The position numbers and the translations under genes were made by a program. Below are positions 30,258 through 40,874 of a DNA stretch of 64,000 nucleotides, piece after piece; positions within the stretch are counted from its first letter, which is position 1, and each line of letters opens with the position of its first letter. The notes under the pieces were generated by a model. It had not been told where the DNA came from and did not search any database. It was given only the letters and a program-made list of their open reading frames with translations. Source of the DNA: an uncultured Candidatus Micrarchaeota archaeon (GTDB lineage Archaea; Micrarchaeota; Micrarchaeia; Micrarchaeales; Micrarchaeaceae); the NCBI GenBank assembly GCA_963741095.1, contig CAVUGN010000005.1:142711-206710 (forward strand), given 5' to 3'.

Positions 30258-30770
30258 TTATTCGGATGTGACCGGAGGATTAAGCACCAGGTCTAGACCT
30301 TCCAGCACACCCCGTATTTTCTGTGCTGCGTTAGAATCCCATCCCTTGTGATGCCCGTAGATTCCCACTTCGATGAAGTTCTCTCTGGGGCAGTATTTCG
30401 TGTAGAGTGATACGAGCGCGTTATCCACTTTGAATTTATCATCCCTGTAGTATATCCCGCTGCCCGCGCGGACGTCTGCGGCCTCATGCTTTAGGTCCCT
30501 CCGCGGGTGCGGTATCCCGTGCGCGTCCTCAAGCTTCGCTTCCATGTCTTCCTGCTTGATCGAAGCGTCGATCCTGAAGAAGAATGAGATTGAAGCGTAT
30601 CCGAACTCATTGTGCTCATAGGTAAGCATGCATATCTTGCCTTTTGGCAGAACATGCTTATCCGATCCGCGCAGGAGCGATGACTCCGAGTGCTTTGTAG
30701 GCATGACATTGTGTATGGCGTTGTCGAACTGACTCGCGACGGATGCGTGCTTAGTGGTTTCTGTTGCCAT
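30258..30770 (-). CDS. hypothetical protein
   Basis: 170-aa ORF with upstream TATAAATA; no family recognised. Confidence 0.65.
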   Translation of the reverse strand: MATETTKHASVASQFDNAIHNVMPTKHSESSLLRGSDKHVLPKGKICMLTYEHNEFGYASISFFFRIDASIKQEDMEAKLEDAHGIPHPRRDLKHEAADVRAGSGIYYRDDKFKVDNALVSLYTKYCPRENFIEVGIYGHHKGWDSNAAQKIRGVLEGLDLVLNPPVTSE

Positions 30771-30867
30771 GTTTTCACTGCTATAAGCACAGCATTCTCT
30801 GGTTCAGATATTTATACGTTGTTGAGAGAGACGTCCATTGACGAACACTGTTGGATTTGCCCATGGG

Positions 30868-32229
30868 TCAGTCGTTCTCTATGTATTTTAGAGTGTCCGT
30901 GCTGCCGGGTATGTGCGGCGATCCCGAAACGACAATGTAGCGCTTGATGCCATTCCTCTTCGCGATCTCCCTGACTTCGTCGAACATGCGGTCCACTGTG
31001 CCGTACCTCCCTATCACTATCGACCGCACCCCATAGTACAGGCTCAGCCTCTTCTTGACCTTTTCGTTGATCGTGAGCGCTATGAGGTCAGTGTCCGGCC
31101 TGAGCCTCGATATCATCTTGGCGGTGTAGCCAGTCTGTGTGGGGATGAATATGCAGTCGGTCTTGTACTCGTCGGCAAGGTTCGAGGCGGCGAAGGCGAT
31201 CCCTCCGTTGATCGAGGTTATCTTCGGGTATTCCTTTGCCAGCGTTGTTGGTATTCCCTCGGCGACCTTCGCGGCCTTTGAGAGGAATCTCACTGCTTCG
31301 ACAGGGTGCTTGCCGACAGCAGTCTCATCGCTCAGCATCAGGCAGTCCGCGCCCTGGGCCACTCCGTTCGCGATGTCGTTCACCTCGGCCCTTGTGGGCG
31401 AGAGGTTGTTTATCATGCTGGTGAGGAGCTGCGTTGCGAGTATCGCAGGCTTTCCAAGCCTGCGCGCCGCGCTTATTATTTTCTTCTGAGCTTCAGGTAT
31501 GTGCTCCAGGCTCACGCCCATCGCGAGGTCGCCCCTTGCAACCATCACGCCGTCGGCCTCCCTGGCTATTTCATCTATGTTGCGCACCGCGACCTTTCGC
31601 TCTATCTTCGCGACTATCGGCGCATCGCCGCAGGCCCTTCTCATCTTGATTATGTCCTTTCCGGACTTGACGAACGACATGCCTATGAGGTCGAAATCGT
31701 TCTTCAGGACAAATCTGGCGAGGGCCATGTCCGCGCTCGTTGGTGCGGATATGCTCATGTCCGCTCCGATGATGCTTATGCCCTTCCTGCTTGACATCTT
31801 GCCGTCGGCAACCGCCTTCGTTATGACCTTGGTTTTGTCTATCTCGTTTATGCGGAACTTCGCGTCGCCGTCGCCTATGTCCAGATAGGCTCCAGCCCTT
31901 GCGTCCTTGTGGAAGTTCTCGTGCTGCACCAGTATCGTGTTCTTTGTGGGGCTTGACGAGAATATCACAGTCTCGCCTTTCTTCACCATGACCGGGGCGT
32001 CGAGCGCGCCTATCCTCACCTTCGGACCCGGAAGATCCGCGAGTATTGCGATGTCTTTATGCATGTCAGAGGCCATCCTCTTGATGGTCTCTGCGGTGGC
32101 CGCGCCGTCCTCTTTCTTTGCGTGGGAGAAGTTCACCCGGACTATGTCGGCGTACTTCAGCACCTTCTTCAGCGTGCCGGCCCTGCTTATGCTCGGCCCG
32201 TAGGTCACGATTATCTTTGTCTTTATCAT
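30868..32229 (-). CDS. pyk: pyruvate kinase
   Basis: KTKIIVTYGP, RVNFSH, DLPGPKVR, AKIE, MVARGDL, PTRAEVND, MLSDETA. Confidence 0.97.
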   Translation of the reverse strand: MIKTKIIVTYGPSISRAGTLKKVLKYADIVRVNFSHAKKEDGAATAETIKRMASDMHKDIAILADLPGPKVRIGALDAPVMVKKGETVIFSSSPTKNTILVQHENFHKDARAGAYLDIGDGDAKFRINEIDKTKVITKAVADGKMSSRKGISIIGADMSISAPTSADMALARFVLKNDFDLIGMSFVKSGKDIIKMRRACGDAPIVAKIERKVAVRNIDEIAREADGVMVARGDLAMGVSLEHIPEAQKKIISAARRLGKPAILATQLLTSMINNLSPTRAEVNDIANGVAQGADCLMLSDETAVGKHPVEAVRFLSKAAKVAEGIPTTLAKEYPKITSINGGIAFAASNLADEYKTDCIFIPTQTGYTAKMISRLRPDTDLIALTINEKVKKRLSLYYGVRSIVIGRYGTVDRMFDEVREIAKRNGIKRYIVVSGSPHIPGSTDTLKYIEND

Positions 32230-32355
32230 GATATCACTGGTTCGTAAATCGCCTATTAAAAATAGCACGAAAACGTATTATGGCTTGCCATCATGGGGAA
32301 ATCCCTGCCCGATGTTATATAAATCCTGACTGCGTAATTTCCTGCAGGGGTTTTT

Positions 32356-32892
32356 ATGAGCATGGTAGACAGAAACGCACCGAATTTTGAGACGGATGCG
32401 TACGTTGATGGGGAGTTCAAAAAAGTTAGATTGGGAGATTACAGGGGGAAATGGGTGGTCTTGTTCTTCTATCCCGCGGACTACACCTTCGTCTGCCCCA
32501 CGGAAATAGAGGGATTCGCCAACGAGTACGAGAAGTTCAAGAGCAAGGACTGCGATGTGCTCTCCGTGAGTGCGGACACGGAGTACGTGCACATGGCCTG
32601 GGCCAAATCCGATCTGAGGATAAAGAAGGTGCGCTACCCGATGCTTGCCGACAGGACCGGGGCGATAGCAAAATCCTATGCGGTGTACAATGAGGCCACC
32701 GGGAATGCCTTCCGAGGGTTGTTCATCATAAACCCGGACGGAGTGATCAAGTACGAGGTGATAACCGCGGACAGCGTGGGCAGGAGCACCGAGGAGACGT
32801 TCAGGGTTCTTTGCGCACTGCAGAACGGCAGCCTCTGCCCGGTCAACTGGCATGCCGGCGATCCGACGATAGACAAGACGAAAAAGTCTTGA
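32356..32892 (+). CDS. ahpC: 2-Cys peroxiredoxin (AhpC)
   Basis: FFYPADYTFVCPTE and resolving LCPVNW. Confidence 0.95.
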   Translation: MSMVDRNAPNFETDAYVDGEFKKVRLGDYRGKWVVLFFYPADYTFVCPTEIEGFANEYEKFKSKDCDVLSVSADTEYVHMAWAKSDLRIKKVRYPMLADRTGAIAKSYAVYNEATGNAFRGLFIINPDGVIKYEVITADSVGRSTEETFRVLCALQNGSLCPVNWHAGDPTIDKTKKS

Positions 32893-32993
32893 TCTGAAGG
32901 TATCCTGGAATAACCGTGAAAGAGTCCCTCGGTTCTTCGATATCTTTATAAAGTTTGGAAGGGGTATTGTAGTATAGGAATCGTGATGATGCG

Positions 32994-33947
32994 ATGGTAG
33001 GATCTATCGAAAAAGAGGGACCCAAAACAGGGGGGATTGATAGCAAAAGCATGATACCCGCAGTCAATCGCCTGTTCTCTGACATAGCGAAGTACAACAG
33101 CAACTTCTCGGTAGAATCGGTGTTTACCAGCAGCCTGGATGCGCTGCTTGGGATGGTTGACAAGGACGTCCCTGAAAATTCGAATCCCCTCAGCGACAAA
33201 AAGGAGGACCAGCGGGCGATGGCTTCCGCCCTGGTCATAATGCACAGTGAGACGCTCGACAGGATCGGGCTGGCACTGGAGCAGGTTTCTGGGAAAACCG
33301 CCGTGCTGATCGGCTTTGGCGAGAATATCGGCGACGGCCAGTTGAGGATAAACGTTTCCGACAAGAACAAATTCCTGTCGTTTCTGGAGGGCCTGGAGCC
33401 AAAGCAGATAGAGGATACCGGCCTTAAGCCGAACCTGGAAACCCTGCCGGGCATCCTGGCGCAGCAGATACGGGACAATTACGACCTGAAGGAGCCCAAC
33501 GACTATGCACTGCAGCTGCTGAGCGGGTTCGGGCTAATAATAGAGCAGTACAAGAGGCTGGGCATGGCGGATTCGGTCAGCGAATTGGAGGTCTATCTTG
33601 GCCACGCAAAGCAAGGGGACCTTAGGGAATACGTCGCGATAGAGAGGAACAGCCTGTTGTCCAAGCCGAGGGAGGCCTTCGGCCCGGCCGATTGGCAGAG
33701 GGATTCTACTCCAGAGTACCTTGAGAAGAGGTGGACCAGGGCGCTGAAGCTGCTGAGCGAGACCGAAGCCAATCCGAAGGCACAGGAGCTTCACCGCCAG
33801 CTGGCGGAGCACCTGCTGGATTGTGTGAAGATAGCAATAGCGGACATGCAGTCCATGCCGCGCCGCAATCCGGAGGACGTGATAAAGATGCGGCAGAAGA
33901 GCGAGATCCTCGAAGAGGTCTACAGCAAGCTGAACAAGGATGCGTGA
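32994..33947 (+). CDS. hypothetical all-alpha protein
   Basis: 317-aa ORF with normal codon pattern; no family recognised. Confidence 0.75.
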   Translation: MVGSIEKEGPKTGGIDSKSMIPAVNRLFSDIAKYNSNFSVESVFTSSLDALLGMVDKDVPENSNPLSDKKEDQRAMASALVIMHSETLDRIGLALEQVSGKTAVLIGFGENIGDGQLRINVSDKNKFLSFLEGLEPKQIEDTGLKPNLETLPGILAQQIRDNYDLKEPNDYALQLLSGFGLIIEQYKRLGMADSVSELEVYLGHAKQGDLREYVAIERNSLLSKPREAFGPADWQRDSTPEYLEKRWTRALKLLSETEANPKAQELHRQLAEHLLDCVKIAIADMQSMPRRNPEDVIKMRQKSEILEEVYSKLNKDA

Positions 33948-33954
33948 TTGCAAA

Positions 33955-34026
33955 AGCCCTGGAAGGGAATTGGACCCTCGACCTATCGCTTACAAGACGA
34001 TCGCTCTACCACTGAGCTACCAGGGC
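33955..34026 (-). tRNA. tRNA-Thr(UGU)
   Basis: GCCCTGGTAGCTCAGTGGTAGAGC...ATCGT-CTTGTAA-GCGAT...CCAGGGCT cloverleaf; T-loop reads TCCAATT. Confidence 0.93.
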
Positions 34027-34070
34027 ATTGGTAAAATAGAATTGACGTTTTTGTATAAATCCTTTTGCTT

Positions 34071-35645
34071 TTACCCGATGAAGAATTCCGCGTATTTTAG
34101 TACGTATTCCATCAGCGCGCCCGCGAATCCGAGGGTTCCGGCGACGGTCCTTATGAACGCTATGCTCTTGTTGTCGATCGCCTTGAAGAGCACCATCAAA
34201 GGCGGATAGAGCAGCAGCATCAGCACCGCATCGATCAGTATCACAAGCAGTCTCTGTCCCAACGCTGCGGATATCAGCGTGGCGAGCGCCCAGAGCAGAA
34301 GCGACGGGATTATCGTCCTTATCATCCTTTCCTTATCGACCCCTATGGAGAACTGCCTCTCAAGAGCGTACATGAACACTATGTCGGACAGCAGCGGGGC
34401 TATCACGAACACGGCGAGAAGAGTGCCGGTGACGTTCAGCAAAGGAGTCAGCACTATCAGCAACACCAGTTCGACGGCGATGATCGCAATCTGGTAGTAC
34501 ATGAACTTTTTCGTGTCGCCGTAGCTTATGATCAGCGTGCCTGCGAAGCTGCCTATTATACCGAGCGTTATGCCGAAGGCTATCACCGAGAGGTAGAAGG
34601 GCGCGAGGGTGTAGAGGTGCGAGAACAACAGATGGGTCAGTGGCGCAGAGGCAGCCATAACATACGCCAGCAGCGGTAGTATGAACACCAGTGAGTAGCG
34701 CAGGCTGCTGTTGTAGATGTGCTCTATCCTCTTCGACATGTTCCTGTCGGAGAAGGCCTTCGAGAATGATGCGAGCAGTATGAAAGTCAGCGACGACAGC
34801 ACAATCGTGAATATGCTGCCGAGCCTGAACGCTGCACTGTAGTTGCCGACCACTACTGCGCTCGCGTACACTCCGAGTATGAGCACTGCGAAGTTGGTTG
34901 CTCCGAAGGCCGCGATGTTGGATACCGCTATGGGCACCGAGAAGCGGAAAAGTTCGCTCGTGGTCTTCTTGAGCGGTTTCGTGATCCGATAGCCGATCTT
35001 GCTTACCAGATAGAAGATGCCCAATCCGATTCCGATCAGGAAGCCGAATGCATAGCCGACCATTGCGCCGGTTATCCCGTATCCGAGCAGGACAAGAGGC
35101 ACTGAAGCGATGAGCTGGAATGTTGAATAGAGTATGTCTGCAACGGCGGCCTCCTTGACTTTGTCGACGCCGACGAGCGCGCCGAAGGTGGTGTTCATTA
35201 TCACCGAAAGGAAGACGACCGCGGACGCGATCTGCAACGGCAATGAGAGCGATGCGTTGTTGTATATGTTAGTGGCTATCCAGCCGCTGAATATTATTCC
35301 CAGTATTGATATCGCGAGAGCCAGAACGCAGGAGATGAAGTAGCTTCCGTTTATCAGATCCATGACGCGCTGCCTGTTCCTCAGGTTCTCGGGAAGCATC
35401 TTCCTCAATGCAGTGCCTATGCCGAAGTTGCCGCCCATGCCCAACACTGCGGCGAAGGCGACCGCGATGCTGTAGAGTCCGAAATCCGCTGGCTTGAGCA
35501 ACCTCGTCATTCCCACCAGCAGCAGCAGGGTAACGACAGAGCTGAAGACCTGCGCGGAGACGAATATGACTGAGCCTTTTGCGGTGCTTACGCCCAGTTT
35601 GTTTATCTCGCTCTTCGTCTTGTTGCTGCGCGGCATTGCATCCAC
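34071..35645 (-). CDS. oligosaccharide flippase (Wzx/MOP superfamily)
   Basis: About 14 TMs, RLLKPADFGLYS, VGNYSAAFRL. Confidence 0.88.
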   Translation of the reverse strand: MDAMPRSNKTKSEINKLGVSTAKGSVIFVSAQVFSSVVTLLLLVGMTRLLKPADFGLYSIAVAFAAVLGMGGNFGIGTALRKMLPENLRNRQRVMDLINGSYFISCVLALAISILGIIFSGWIATNIYNNASLSLPLQIASAVVFLSVIMNTTFGALVGVDKVKEAAVADILYSTFQLIASVPLVLLGYGITGAMVGYAFGFLIGIGLGIFYLVSKIGYRITKPLKKTTSELFRFSVPIAVSNIAAFGATNFAVLILGVYASAVVVGNYSAAFRLGSIFTIVLSSLTFILLASFSKAFSDRNMSKRIEHIYNSSLRYSLVFILPLLAYVMAASAPLTHLLFSHLYTLAPFYLSVIAFGITLGIIGSFAGTLIISYGDTKKFMYYQIAIIAVELVLLIVLTPLLNVTGTLLAVFVIAPLLSDIVFMYALERQFSIGVDKERMIRTIIPSLLLWALATLISAALGQRLLVILIDAVLMLLLYPPLMVLFKAIDNKSIAFIRTVAGTLGFAGALMEYVLKYAEFFIG

Positions 35646-36763
35646 TAATCGTGCACGACGTAGTCCTCGAAGTATTCCTTGTAATGCTCCTTCTTGCTCT
35701 GGTGGTGGCGCAGGAATGCGTTTATCTTCTCCGTAAGGTCGGCTTTGTGCTCACCTGCTAGAATCGTACCGTTGCGCTCTCCGTCAATTATGTGCGCTAA
35801 CTTCTTGTCGTCAGGCTCGAAGAAGAACTTGTTGTACTGGCATATGGTGCAGATGTCCGGATTGCCGCCGTACTTCTTCTGAAGCGCAGCGGTTGCCTGC
35901 TGGCCGGTGAATGCCCTGGCTACCTTCTCCTTGACCGCTTCCGGAGTGTCGTTGAGGTATATCGCGCCCCTTTCTTCGCTGGAGGACATCTTCGAGTCCC
36001 CGTTGAGCGAGGGCAGGAACTTCGAGTATATTATGGAGGGCTTGTAGTAGCCGAGCTTTGAGACCACGTCTCTTGCGACCCTGAAATGCACGTCCTGGTC
36101 TATCGCCAGCGGTATCAGGCAGGGTATGTTATGGCCTTCTTCGACCGATTTCAGGAAAGTCGGGACGGCCTGCATGCTGGTGTAGAACAGCGTGCCTATG
36201 TTTGTGTCGTTGCCGAAGCCGAACGCATCCTTGACTGTAGAGAATGTTATGTGCTTGGCCACGCGCACGGCCTGCTTGTACATCTTGCCGGCGTACTGGG
36301 TGTCGAAGAATATCTTCGTCTTCTTCTTCTTGAAGCCCAGCGCCATTATGTCGAGGACATTGTCGACCGCTATCTTGTGTATGCCGTCGAGACTTTCATC
36401 TAAATTCTTTGCAAGGTACTTTTCCTCGTCAGGTATCTGTATGTAGATGTCGACGTCGAACTTGTCCTGCAGCCATTTCGCGAAGACGAAGGATATGAGA
36501 TGGCCGACGTGCATCGGCCCGGATGGAGCCCTGCCCGTGTAAAGGTAGAAGGGGTTTCCGCTCTCGTACTGGTCGAGTATCCAGTTCAGCTCGCGGTGCG
36601 CATAGAATATCTTTCTCTTGAGCAGGAAATGCAATGGTCCGGTGTACTTCTCTATTCTTTCTTCCAATTCCTTGTCTATCTGCTTCAGGCCGTACTGTTC
36701 TGCGAAAATGTCATAGTCGACCTTGCCCTCCACTTTGTAGGCGCCAACATTGGACTGGACCAT
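35645..36763 (-). CDS. trpS: tryptophan--tRNA ligase
   Basis: YTGRAPSGPMHVGH, CLIPLAIDQD, KMSSS. Confidence 0.96.
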   Translation of the reverse strand: MVQSNVGAYKVEGKVDYDIFAEQYGLKQIDKELEERIEKYTGPLHFLLKRKIFYAHRELNWILDQYESGNPFYLYTGRAPSGPMHVGHLISFVFAKWLQDKFDVDIYIQIPDEEKYLAKNLDESLDGIHKIAVDNVLDIMALGFKKKKTKIFFDTQYAGKMYKQAVRVAKHITFSTVKDAFGFGNDTNIGTLFYTSMQAVPTFLKSVEEGHNIPCLIPLAIDQDVHFRVARDVVSKLGYYKPSIIYSKFLPSLNGDSKMSSSEERGAIYLNDTPEAVKEKVARAFTGQQATAALQKKYGGNPDICTICQYNKFFFEPDDKKLAHIIDGERNGTILAGEHKADLTEKINAFLRHHQSKKEHYKEYFEDYVVHD

Positions 36764-36820
36764 AGAACCAGTTATAATGAACGAGGAAGGCTTTTATTGG
36801 TTTTGCGCTGACGCCGAATC

Positions 36821-37774
36821 TCAGGGTTCGATTTTCGGAGGGAAGGTGCGGTACTCCGCCCCGAAATAGTCCGCCACCCTCTTCAGGTACGAGTTCGTCT
36901 GCCTCACGGCCCTCCTGGCGGCGTTGTAGAGCACCAGCGGATCGACCAGCATGGGGTCGCTTTTGCCGAAGTGCTCGGAGAGCCTCTTCGCCTTGATGAG
37001 CCAGTATTTCTTGTTCATGTTGTCCTGCCGCACCGCGAAATCTATGCGGTCGCGCGACCCGTTCAATGTCGCCGTTGCGGTGATGCCGTAGTTCCCCCAC
37101 GCAAGATCTGAGATCAGGTCGTCGATGGAGTCGTACGAATAGGTCATGCGGTCCCTGTGTTTTGGGATGTCGCATTTGCGGGTTAGGTAGTCCTCGTTGA
37201 AGCAGCTCCTGAAGCTGACGCGCCAGTCGCACAGGACCCTCAGGTCTGAAGGCCTTGGGGGCAGATTTGCCCTAAGCTGGCTGAACGGATAGTTCATCCG
37301 CATTATCTCCCTGGGAAGCAACACATCGGTGCTCAATGTTGAATGGCCGTCTATGCCCGAATTCTTTGTTATTACCTGCATGCTATTTACTATGTTTTGG
37401 TAGGTGCCATCCAGCAGAGCCTGCGGGCCCATCCTCCCGGAAACAAAAAGATCCTGCCTGTAGGGCGCGATCTCCTTAACCTTTTCGCACAGTTCCAGCC
37501 ATCTCGACCTCAAAAGCAGCTCTTCCAGGCGCCTCTCCGCTTTATCAATCGTGCTGCCGTCGGCATGGCATGCGCCGAAGAGATTGAGTATAGTGTTCTC
37601 GTCGCCGTAATAGAATCCGTGGGTCGAATGGCGGTCCGCCTCCTTGAGCCACCATCCATTATTTCGAAGAAGGTTGAATGTGTCATCCTGGACTATCCTC
37701 GGTGACTTCCTTATGAGGGCGTTCGTCGCATCAAGGACCCGCTGTTCTCCCGGACTTATAGTGGCGGTGACCAT
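36821..37774 (-). CDS. hypothetical protein
   Basis: 317-aa ORF; no family recognised. Confidence 0.7.
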   Translation of the reverse strand: MVTATISPGEQRVLDATNALIRKSPRIVQDDTFNLLRNNGWWLKEADRHSTHGFYYGDENTILNLFGACHADGSTIDKAERRLEELLLRSRWLELCEKVKEIAPYRQDLFVSGRMGPQALLDGTYQNIVNSMQVITKNSGIDGHSTLSTDVLLPREIMRMNYPFSQLRANLPPRPSDLRVLCDWRVSFRSCFNEDYLTRKCDIPKHRDRMTYSYDSIDDLISDLAWGNYGITATATLNGSRDRIDFAVRQDNMNKKYWLIKAKRLSEHFGKSDPMLVDPLVLYNAARRAVRQTNSYLKRVADYFGAEYRTFPPKIEP

Positions 37775-37787
37775 GCCATCACTTTAT

Positions 37788-38495
37788 TTAGATTCGCAGC
37801 TGCAACTGCTCCGGCGGCTGGGGCGCTGCGCAGTAGACGTAAAGAACCCCATTGATGTCGGCAGCCAGGCAGTAGCCCTTCTCCCAGACCTCCATCCTTT
37901 TTTTAGCGTGATTCGTGTGGGTTTCCTTGAATAGGTAATTCAGGTCTTGCAGCACTATTGATCTCGCCATAAGCTTTGCGGCCGCTGCCACATCCAAAGT
38001 TATTGCCTTTGCCGTGAGGTTTATCATGGATTCCAGGGCAACGGGCTTTTCGCGGACAGTTCCTTCGGGCATGACCTTGTCCTTTATCTCGTGCCATATC
38101 TCGAGCCGCGCCTTCCTCATTACAATATCTATTACGGTGTTCTGCAGTAGGTCCTTCGCCTCCTTCGAGGCTTCGGCCCTGCCTTTGCTCCTTGCGATGT
38201 TCAGCAAGGTCTCGTGAGTCTCCCAGTACTCGAGATTCCAGGCGTTACCCAGCCCATTAGTTCCCGACAGCCATAGCGTGTTGCCGGATGAGTGTTCAGC
38301 CTCAAAAATAGCCTTTCTTTTCGCCTCTTCAAGAGTTGGAGCGTAGAATATCTTCCATTCCAGATTGGGCTTTCCGTCGGGCTGGAACCACCTTATGGTG
38401 GCTACATGGACGTTTAATTCATCCAGCTCCTTCTGAACCGCCGCGGGCAGGCTTCTCATTGCCGGCCCCCCCTGCAGCGTTTGCCCCCTCTGCAT
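37788..38495 (-). CDS. hypothetical protein
   Basis: 235-aa ORF ending EVWEKGYCLAADINGVLYVY. Confidence 0.7.
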   Translation of the reverse strand: MQRGQTLQGGPAMRSLPAAVQKELDELNVHVATIRWFQPDGKPNLEWKIFYAPTLEEAKRKAIFEAEHSSGNTLWLSGTNGLGNAWNLEYWETHETLLNIARSKGRAEASKEAKDLLQNTVIDIVMRKARLEIWHEIKDKVMPEGTVREKPVALESMINLTAKAITLDVAAAAKLMARSIVLQDLNYLFKETHTNHAKKRMEVWEKGYCLAADINGVLYVYCAAPQPPEQLQLRI

Positions 38496-38650
38496 CCTTA
38501 CACTTAGTTTTATCTTATAAGTTCTCTTCTCATCGATAATATTTATGCCTGTCTGCGGGGTTCGTCAACCCTGCAATTCCCCGAAAAGCAACATATCTTT
38601 TTAAGCATTTCCTTCAATATAGTAGCGGATCTGCTTCAGGGGGTAAATGT

Positions 38651-38977
38651 ATGACCGATAGTGCAAAGTCTATAAATGAAGTCCAGGAAGCTGAGGAGCG
38701 CGCAGACAGATTGGTGGCCAATGCAAAGCAGGAAGGAGAACGGATGATAATGGAGGCCAAGGAGAAGGCAGCCAGGATGATCGCTGATGCTGAGAGCCGC
38801 GCGCGCGAGGACAAGGCCGAACGATTAAAGAAGTCTGCCGCCGAGCTCGATGGCATGAGGAAGAAGGCCGTTGAGAGGAGCGAGTCGGAGGCGAGGGCGA
38901 TAAAGTCAAAGAAGCTGAGCGACCGCTCAAGGGCACAGATCGCAAAGAAGCTTACGGATCTCATACTCGGTGTGTAA
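38651..38977 (+). CDS. atpH: A/V-type ATP synthase subunit H (G/H peripheral stalk)
   Basis: Charged coiled coil (EAEERADRLVANAKQE); first gene of the operon. Confidence 0.85.
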   Translation: MTDSAKSINEVQEAEERADRLVANAKQEGERMIMEAKEKAARMIADAESRAREDKAERLKKSAAELDGMRKKAVERSESEARAIKSKKLSDRSRAQIAKKLTDLILGV

Positions 38978-40864
38978 GTGCTTTCCACAGAAAAAATGCA
39001 GAAGATTCGCATCATAGCGCTAGGCTCCGTGCGTTACGAGCTGGTCAGCGAGCTGCACCGGCTGGGCGTGATGCACCTGAGCAAGAGCAAGCTGCACCTG
39101 GCCGACGACGTCCCGTCAGCAAGGCTGCCTGAGATATCCGACCAGCTGGTCAGGATGAAGAGCGCGCTCTCGATGCTGGGAGCGCCGAAGAGCATTGACG
39201 CCAAGAAGCCGATGGCGCACCTGAGCCTGGATCCGCTGCTGGCCGAGACCAGGGGATTGAAGGTTGTTGACGAGATATTCAAGCTCACTGAAGAGAAGAG
39301 GGCGCTCAAGGAAAGCGTCAAGGAACTGGACAATGCGCTAATGCTTTCCGACATACTCGCGGGCCTGGGAGTCGACTTCAGCAAGCTGAAGAGCGATGTC
39401 CTTGCGTTCCGCGCCTTCACGGTCGACAAGGAGGGCATGGAGGAGCTGAAGGAACAGCTGAAGAGCAGCAACCTGAAGCACGAACTCATGACCAAGAAGG
39501 TCGACAAGAAGCGCGAACTGGCCTTCATAGCATTCGACAAGAACCAGAACGCGAAGATCGAAGAGATCATGAAGGACATAAAGTCCATTGAACTTAACTT
39601 GAAGGACAGGTACATAACTTCGGCGCCAGAGGCGGAGGTGAGGAAGCTGGTCACGAAGGAGAAGGCCGACGCGCTGAAGAGGCTCAATCAGATAGAATCA
39701 AAGTTCAAGGAGATAAAGGACAGGCAGTACCTGCAGATCGCCGGCCTCACTGAGATGCTCGATGTTGAGTATGAAAGAGCAACTGTTAGTGCAGGATTCA
39801 AGAAGACCGGCAAGACCTTTGTTGTTGAGGGATGGGTGCCGAAGAAGGGATTGGCCGAGGTGAAGGCAGGGATAATGAAGGCCGCTGGGGGCAAGTGCGA
39901 CATTTCGGAATTGGAGGCAGGCCATGAGGATGTGGCGCCGTCGATGATGAGCGGCAACCGGATATTGAAGCCCTTCGAGTTCCTGATGGATTTCTACTCC
40001 GTTCCAAGGAGCGACGAGATCAATCCAACCATTATATTCATGATAACTCTTGCCATTGCATATGGCATAATGATAAGCGACGTGGGCTACGGCCTGATGT
40101 CGCTGGTGCTGGCATGGTACGTTGCGAAGATCACTCTGCCTGACGACCTGCTGCACAACGTCGCGGAGATATGGATGATGTTCTCCATACCGGCCATATT
40201 CTTCGGGTTCCTTTCGAACACCTTCCTGGGATTCGCATTCCTGCCGGCCGCGTACCAGGGGATAGTCGTGCTCGACTGGATACACGGGGTGCCGACGCTC
40301 CTGCTGATCACCCTGATGATAGGCATAATCGAGATACTGATAGGAGAGGTCTTCGGCTTCTTCAACAGGCTGAGGCACCACGAGAAGATGCTCGCGTTCA
40401 GCAAGCTGACCACGATACTTGTGATAATATTCGGCTTCTTCGCGGTTGGAGGCTGGTTCTTCAACGCCTTCAACCCGACTCTGACCTTTGATTCTACTAT
40501 AATAGCGATAGTCGCTCTTGTGCTCACTGCCGCAACGAGCGGCATGGAAGCTGCGGAGATTCCGACGCTGATCGCGCACCCGCTCAGCTTCTCAAGGCTT
40601 ATGGGCTTCGGGCTCGCAAGCATAATACTCTCCGACCTGATAGACAAGGCCTTCACGCCGAGCCTCTCGCAAGGTCCGATCGTGTTTATAGTCTTCGGGA
40701 TAATCTTCCTGGTGCTCCATTCGATGAACATGCTTCTCAGCATATTCGAGGGGATGGTGCAAGGGGCAAGGCTCGGCTTCGTGGAGTTCTTCTCGAAGTT
40801 CTACATCGGCGGCGGCCTTAAGTTCAAGCCTTACAAGTTCAACAGGCGTTACACTAAAGAATAA
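38978..40864 (+). CDS. atpI: A/V-type ATP synthase subunit I (a)
   Basis: MQKIRII, VEGWVP, SDVGYG, LSFSRL, QGARLGFVEFFSKFY. Confidence 0.95.
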   Translation: MLSTEKMQKIRIIALGSVRYELVSELHRLGVMHLSKSKLHLADDVPSARLPEISDQLVRMKSALSMLGAPKSIDAKKPMAHLSLDPLLAETRGLKVVDEIFKLTEEKRALKESVKELDNALMLSDILAGLGVDFSKLKSDVLAFRAFTVDKEGMEELKEQLKSSNLKHELMTKKVDKKRELAFIAFDKNQNAKIEEIMKDIKSIELNLKDRYITSAPEAEVRKLVTKEKADALKRLNQIESKFKEIKDRQYLQIAGLTEMLDVEYERATVSAGFKKTGKTFVVEGWVPKKGLAEVKAGIMKAAGGKCDISELEAGHEDVAPSMMSGNRILKPFEFLMDFYSVPRSDEINPTIIFMITLAIAYGIMISDVGYGLMSLVLAWYVAKITLPDDLLHNVAEIWMMFSIPAIFFGFLSNTFLGFAFLPAAYQGIVVLDWIHGVPTLLLITLMIGIIEILIGEVFGFFNRLRHHEKMLAFSKLTTILVIIFGFFAVGGWFFNAFNPTLTFDSTIIAIVALVLTAATSGMEAAEIPTLIAHPLSFSRLMGFGLASIILSDLIDKAFTPSLSQGPIVFIVFGIIFLVLHSMNMLLSIFEGMVQGARLGFVEFFSKFYIGGGLKFKPYKFNRRYTKE

Positions 40865-40874
40865 TGGTGAGTTT

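Noticed and set aside
32956-33973. att-site duplication of the tRNA-Thr 3' end (TGGAAGGG)
   Set aside because: Only an 8-bp match and no integrase; compatible with chance.
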